From contig NIVC01001098.1 of NCBI GenBank assembly GCA_002269645.1, positions 62,001-126,000 of the forward strand: a stretch of DNA of 64,000 nt, given 5' to 3'. The notes below the pieces were generated by a model, which was given only the letters and a program-made list of their open reading frames with translations, made no database searches and was not told the DNA's origin. The position numbers were made by a program, and so were the translations under genes. The DNA is from Macrostomum lignano (lineage: Eukaryota). Below are positions 61,101-64,000 of the stretch, one piece after another. How positions within the stretch are numbered: position 1 is the stretch's first letter; the number at the start of each line of letters is the position of its first letter.

Positions 61101-61516
61101 CTACGATCACCTCGACCAGTACTTCGGCTACGACCACCACAATGACTCCAGAGCCGACAACGATGACCACTCAGGCGCCGAGCAGCAGCACGAGGCCACC
61201 GATCGGTCCCCAGGACAGCCCAGACTCTGGCTTCTACGCTCTTGTTACCGTGATCCCGATCCTTGGCGTTGCCCTGATCGGTCTCGCCATCTTTGTGGTC
61301 GTTAAGGTGGTGATGGGCGCTAGCTCTGTGGTGGCTCCCACCGCCGCTGCAGCCGGAGGCGGCGCAGCAGCCTTTGGAGCGGCCGAGGCCGGCACTGCAG
61401 CTGCCCCCGCCTCCGCTGCTCCAGCCTCCGCCGAGAACCCAACCAGCGCAGAGGTGGTCAACGAGGCCTACGAGGCAGACGGGGCCGATGGAGAGGAAGG
61501 CTCAACGGACCTGTAG
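42033..61516 (+). CDS. Giant type I membrane protein (~4,700 aa, 21 exons) with 8 tandem catalytically inactive carboxylesterase/cholinesterase-like domains
   Basis: Signal peptide MRPLQATLAAVLLLAFCAGFNA. Eight repeats of FLG(I/V)PYA.PP / SEDCLY(L/M)N / HGG / NYRLG..GFL / GNxGLxDQ (slightly varied in some domains). All 20 predicted introns are GT-AG and phase-consistent. CDS sums to 14,103 nt with exon 3 starting at 44280. TM at 61232-61303; ends STDL-stop. Confidence 0.88.
43695..44103 (+). CDS. Exon 2: domain 1, C-part
   Basis: CAG|ATC acceptor; A|GTGAG donor, phase 1; contains GHVNDVRY. Confidence 0.88.
44280..44795 (+). CDS. Exon 3: end of domain 1, linker, start of domain 2 (acceptor could be 44328)
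   Basis: In-frame through CRWWYDTL to FLGIPYAQPP; donor G|GTGAGT, phase 1. Confidence 0.8.
45137..46150. repeat. 29-bp minisatellite (AACAGTTGTTCATGTACCTGTGCAATATG) in intron 3
   Basis: About 35 near-perfect copies. Confidence 0.97.
46175..46440. mobile_element. Probable MITE in intron 3 (25-bp TIRs)
   Basis: ACTCAGCAACATCGAAAAGTCGCCA vs TGGCGACTTTTCAATGTTGCTGAGT (24/25 inverted); no clear TSD. Confidence 0.6.
47177..48033 (+). CDS. Exon 4: domain 2 (type B) core
   Basis: TTGCAG|CT acceptor, CAG|GTAAGC donor; elbow GDDAG. Confidence 0.9.
48114..48396 (+). CDS. Exon 5: domain 2
   Basis: CAG|AAC acceptor; T|GTAGGT donor, phase 1, at the same position as in exons 10, 15 and 20. Confidence 0.85.
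48494..49848 (+). CDS. Exon 6: end of domain 2, PTRPPIGP linker, domain 3 (type A)
   Basis: A single open frame crosses the domain boundary; elbow GHGTD; AGG|GTAAGA donor. Confidence 0.92.
49944..50343 (+). CDS. Exon 7: domain 3, C-part
   Basis: CCAG|ATC acceptor, CAG|GTGAGA donor; contains GADHWGDIRY. Confidence 0.9.
50778..51248 (+). CDS. Exon 8: end of domain 3, linker, start of domain 4
   Basis: TTGCAG|CA acceptor in phase; CAG|GTGCAC donor. Confidence 0.85.
51343..52193 (+). CDS. Exon 9: domain 4 (type B) core
   Basis: Elbow GVEAG; ACG|GTGAGT donor. Confidence 0.9.
52446..52734 (+). CDS. Exon 10: domain 4
   Basis: TTTAG|ATT acceptor; T|GTGAGT donor. Confidence 0.87.
52857..54211 (+). 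CDS. Exon 11: end of domain 4, linker, domain 5 (type A)
   Basis: Single frame; elbow GHGTD; same length (1355 nt) as exon 6. Confidence 0.92.
54336..54735 (+). CDS. Exon 12: domain 5, C-part
   Basis: 400 nt like exon 7; contains GADHWGDIRY. Confidence 0.9.
54825..55295 (+). CDS. Exon 13: end of domain 5, linker, start of domain 6
   Basis: 471 nt like exon 8; TTTAG|CT acceptor, CAG|GTGGGA donor. Confidence 0.86.
55380..56227 (+). CDS. Exon 14: domain 6 (type B) core
   Basis: Elbow GVEAG; CAG|GTTTGT donor. Confidence 0.9.
56311..56596 (+). CDS. Exon 15: domain 6
   Basis: TTCAG|ACT acceptor; T|GTGAGT donor. Confidence 0.87.
56881..58271 (+). CDS. Exon 16: end of domain 6, linker, domain 7 (type A)
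   Basis: Single frame; elbow GHGIG; GAG|GTAGAG donor. Confidence 0.9.
58359..58770 (+). CDS. Exon 17: domain 7, C-part
   Basis: Contains GSDHQADLRY; A|GTGAGT donor. Confidence 0.88.
58852..59292 (+). CDS. Exon 18: end of domain 7, linker, start of domain 8
   Basis: TTTAG|AC acceptor in phase; G|GTAAGT donor. Confidence 0.85.
59373..60235 (+). CDS. Exon 19: domain 8 (type B) core
   Basis: Elbow GAEAG; CAG|GTAACT donor. Confidence 0.9.
60334..60622 (+). CDS. Exon 20: domain 8
   Basis: CTCAG|GCC acceptor; T|GTAAGT donor. Confidence 0.87.
60711..61516 (+). CDS. Exon 21: end of domain 8, Thr-rich stalk, TM helix, cytoplasmic tail
   Basis: CGWWEKVLPY, T-rich stretch, FYALVTVIPILGVALIGLAIFVVV, tail ending EEGSTDL-stop. 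Confidence 0.92.
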
Positions 61517-62439
61517 CCGAGAGTGACCGGGGACTCGAAATTCTGAACTAGCTCTGCCAATTTTGTGTAGACTTTGAGCAACAATTTTCTAGCAACTTGA
61601 ACTCTTGACCCGATACCTGTAGAAATATTCGCACTCTGCACTCTTCGAAAAGCTCTTCGATCTTGGCAGGGGATTATTTTCTCCTTGCCTGTTTTGATAA
61701 GCCCGGCCAGCCGGAAGCCGCAACAAAAATCTGCCTGTCGCGAAAGATATGCTGAAAGAAAATTAAAAATAAAAATAAAAAATACGAAATATTATGCCCC
61801 GAGAAATGAAGCCTCTAGTATTGCGATCTGCAGGCCGCCGTCCTGGCTGGGCTCCAAGCTTCTTCTACCCCACATCTGATGTGTTTCTGCCTTCTATCCG
61901 ACACACTTTGTAACACAGGACTCAGCAACTCTTCCCTGTCTCTACTCTACAAATTACTCTTATCAATTTCACGGCTTTCAGAGTGCCACCGTTGATTAAT
62001 CAATGATGCTTTACTTTTCTAATTATAAATATACTTTTTGAAACTATATCGCTACGACTTAAAGTTTACTGTAACATCTGAAATAGCTCCCTGAGTTGTG
62101 CTTTGTCTCGGTTATTGGCGTGGAGCTGAAGCTTCAATCAGAGCTGGAGTGATTAAAAACACCCGAATTGAATCTCTATGACTGAGCAGGAATTACAAAA
62201 AACAGTTAGTCACTAAAATAAATTTTAAGCCAACAATTAAATACTCAAAATGAGGCTTATTACGCTCGTAATAAGTTTTTATTGCAGCTCCAAGCGACAG
62301 TGAACTCTGGATCCACACTTATTTACTCTGAATTCTGAATTCTGAAATATTCTGGATTCACTACGCATGCATAGCAACTGCTGGACACTGGACACAAAAA
62401 GTTGTGTGAAAAATAGCTCGTAGTGGCTTGACATCTGTA

Positions 62440-62625
62440 GCAGCAGTCAGCAGTCAGCAGCACGCAGTCAGCAGCACTTAGTCAGCAGCAGTCGGTCAGC
62501 AGTCAGCAGTCAGCAGCACTCAGTCAGCAGTCAGCAGTCAGCAGTCAGCAGTCAGCAGTCAGCAGCAGGTAGCAGCAGTCAGCAGTCAGCAGTCAGCAGC
62601 ACTTAGTCAGCAGCAGTCGGTCAGC
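62440..62625. repeat. (CAGCAGT)n-type microsatellite
   Basis: Imperfect 7-bp repeat at the end of the MFS-like ORF. Confidence 0.9.
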
Positions 62626-63297
62626 AGTCGTTGTCATTTGGCATTTGTCGAATCAGAAGCAGCAGAACGCTCAGCTGAGCGGCTGCCAGCAGTAGCAGCA
62701 GGCGGAGGAGTATCCGCTGATCTTGCAGGCTGGCGCCGCCAATCGGCAGGGCCTGACGAACCTCCAGCTCGACGGCGATGGCCAACCCGCCAGCCAGCCG
62801 GCTGAAGGCGTAAACGGACCGCGCCGGGACGCCAGTAGCAGCCTCTCCGGCGGCATAGGCGCAGCTGCCGATGCCGCCGATGCCGAAGCCACCTGCCCAG
62901 GCCAGCAGCAGCTCGGCGTTGCGGAGCCGGCTCGAGCCGAGGACGGCTGACCAGCCGAGGAGGGAGCAGCCGGTCAGCAGCGCTGAGGCCGCGTGGCCAA
63001 TCAGAAGCCGCCGGCCAGGCAGCAGGCAGCCGATCACCGCGCCGCTCAGGTAGGAGGCCGTGGAGCCCGCCGAAAACAGCAACGCCGGCAAGGCGCCGTC
63101 GGCCGACAGCAGCTGCTGCGGAGGGGCGGGCCTCGAGCCTGCGAACTCGGCGGAGTGGCGAGCAGCGCCAGAACGGACGAGCAGGAACTGGAAGACGCCA
63201 TCGGAGACCAGAGAGGCCAGCAGCCGTTCGAGCAGCCACAGCAACACGGTGCGGCTCGAGCTGAGTTCGAACTGATTGTGGACGATGAGGGAGGAGC
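62621..63297 (-). CDS. Last coding exon of a probable MFS-type (monocarboxylate-transporter-like) membrane protein
   Basis: Several Gly-rich hydrophobic helices (LLFSAGSTASYLSGAVIG, WAGGFGIGGIG, LLLLLAAAQLSVLLLL); candidate acceptor TGTAG|GC at 63297. Confidence 0.55.
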
Positions 63298-63512
63298 CTA
63301 CAGACACGCAGTGCAGCCGAGGACAAAATATGTTTATCTATTTAGAGGAGTTCAGAAAAGCTGGATTGCTGGAGTCGCGAATGATCTCAGCACTATCGAA
63401 TCCTTAAACGGCAAACACCCAGAACCAACGTGAGCACATGGAGTACTTAAATATTTTCATTTTATACTTTAGTCAGACATAATTATAGTCACAGAGCGCT
63501 GCAATTAATCAC

Positions 63513-63986
63513 CTGAGAGAGGCTCAGAAGCCGTCTGTTCCACTCGCCAGGACTACACAGGGAGTCAATAGGGCTGCCGCTGGTTTCCATGGAAACTGAG
63601 GGTCGCACGGGACGTCGGTCGGGAAAGACGGCCGCGCCAAGCAGACCGAGGCCGGCCGCGCAGCCGCCATGTAGGAGGAGGGCCGCCCGCCAGCCGAGAC
63701 GCAGGGCGAGGGCCGTCTGGGCCTCCACAAGGAAGAAACCGGCAAAAGCGACGCCCTGTGGAAAATGTGGACGGCTTTCTGAGCTCAGGGAACTCTGAGT
63801 TTGCAGAGCTTCTGCAACTGACAGGTGATGCCGAACAGAGCAACAGCAGAGACAGCAGGCTGAGTACCACATGTAATCCCAAGTGAAAGCGTCACTAGCT
63901 ACCTGCACCAGGGTGGTGGCCAGAGTTCGAATCCCGGAGTCAGCCGGGAAGCAGTCGTCGGTGGCCAGCAGGACAACGGACAGCAC
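63513..63986 (-). CDS. Upstream coding segment of the same MFS-like gene (5' end outside window; exon structure unresolved)
   Basis: LGWRAALLLHGG resembles the GWR motif of SLC16/MFS transporters; donor CAG|GTGATT at 63513. An internal intron is possible. Confidence 0.55.
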
Positions 63987-64000
63987 GAGGCTGGCGCTCA

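Noticed and set aside
42221-61461. Numerous antisense and alternative-frame ORFs over the esterase-like gene
   Set aside because: They are shadow ORFs of GC-rich coding sequence with no recognisable motifs.
42033-61516. Cluster of eight separate carboxylesterase genes, or an active acetylcholinesterase
   Set aside because: Domain boundaries fall inside continuous exons, there is only one signal peptide and one terminal stop, and no domain has the catalytic Ser.

Overview
Eukaryotic (metazoan) genomic DNA with GT-AG introns and TTAGGG repeats. The composition suggests a flatworm such as Macrostomum; this is inference only. (1) Positions 1-28 kb are a dense nest of non-autonomous Helitron-like elements (5' TC ... 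3' hairpin + CTAG/CTCG) carrying minisatellite and TTAGGG cargo. Five minus-strand elements form a 12.4-kb head-to-tail stack (11762-24169) sitting in a single A|T site of a plus-strand element. This region also holds a young Ty3/Gypsy (Mag-like) LTR retrotransposon (6354-10805) and a hAT-type MITE. (2) Positions 28-41 kb hold further tandem repeats, two exons of a low-complexity protein with a PLDLS motif, and two degraded, convergent Crypton/DUF3504-type tyrosine-recombinase genes with several strong hairpins. (3) Positions 42033-61516 are the most striking feature: a 21-exon gene predicting one ~4,700-aa type I membrane protein. It has a signal peptide, EIGHT tandem carboxylesterase/cholinesterase-like domains arranged (A-B)x4, a Thr-rich stalk, a TM helix and a class I PDZ-type C-terminus (STDL). 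All eight domains lack the catalytic serine. (4) The window ends in the 3' part of a convergent MFS-like transporter gene. No prokaryotic features, CRISPR arrays or intact RNA genes were found. All coordinates were read by hand; repeat boundaries are approximate.
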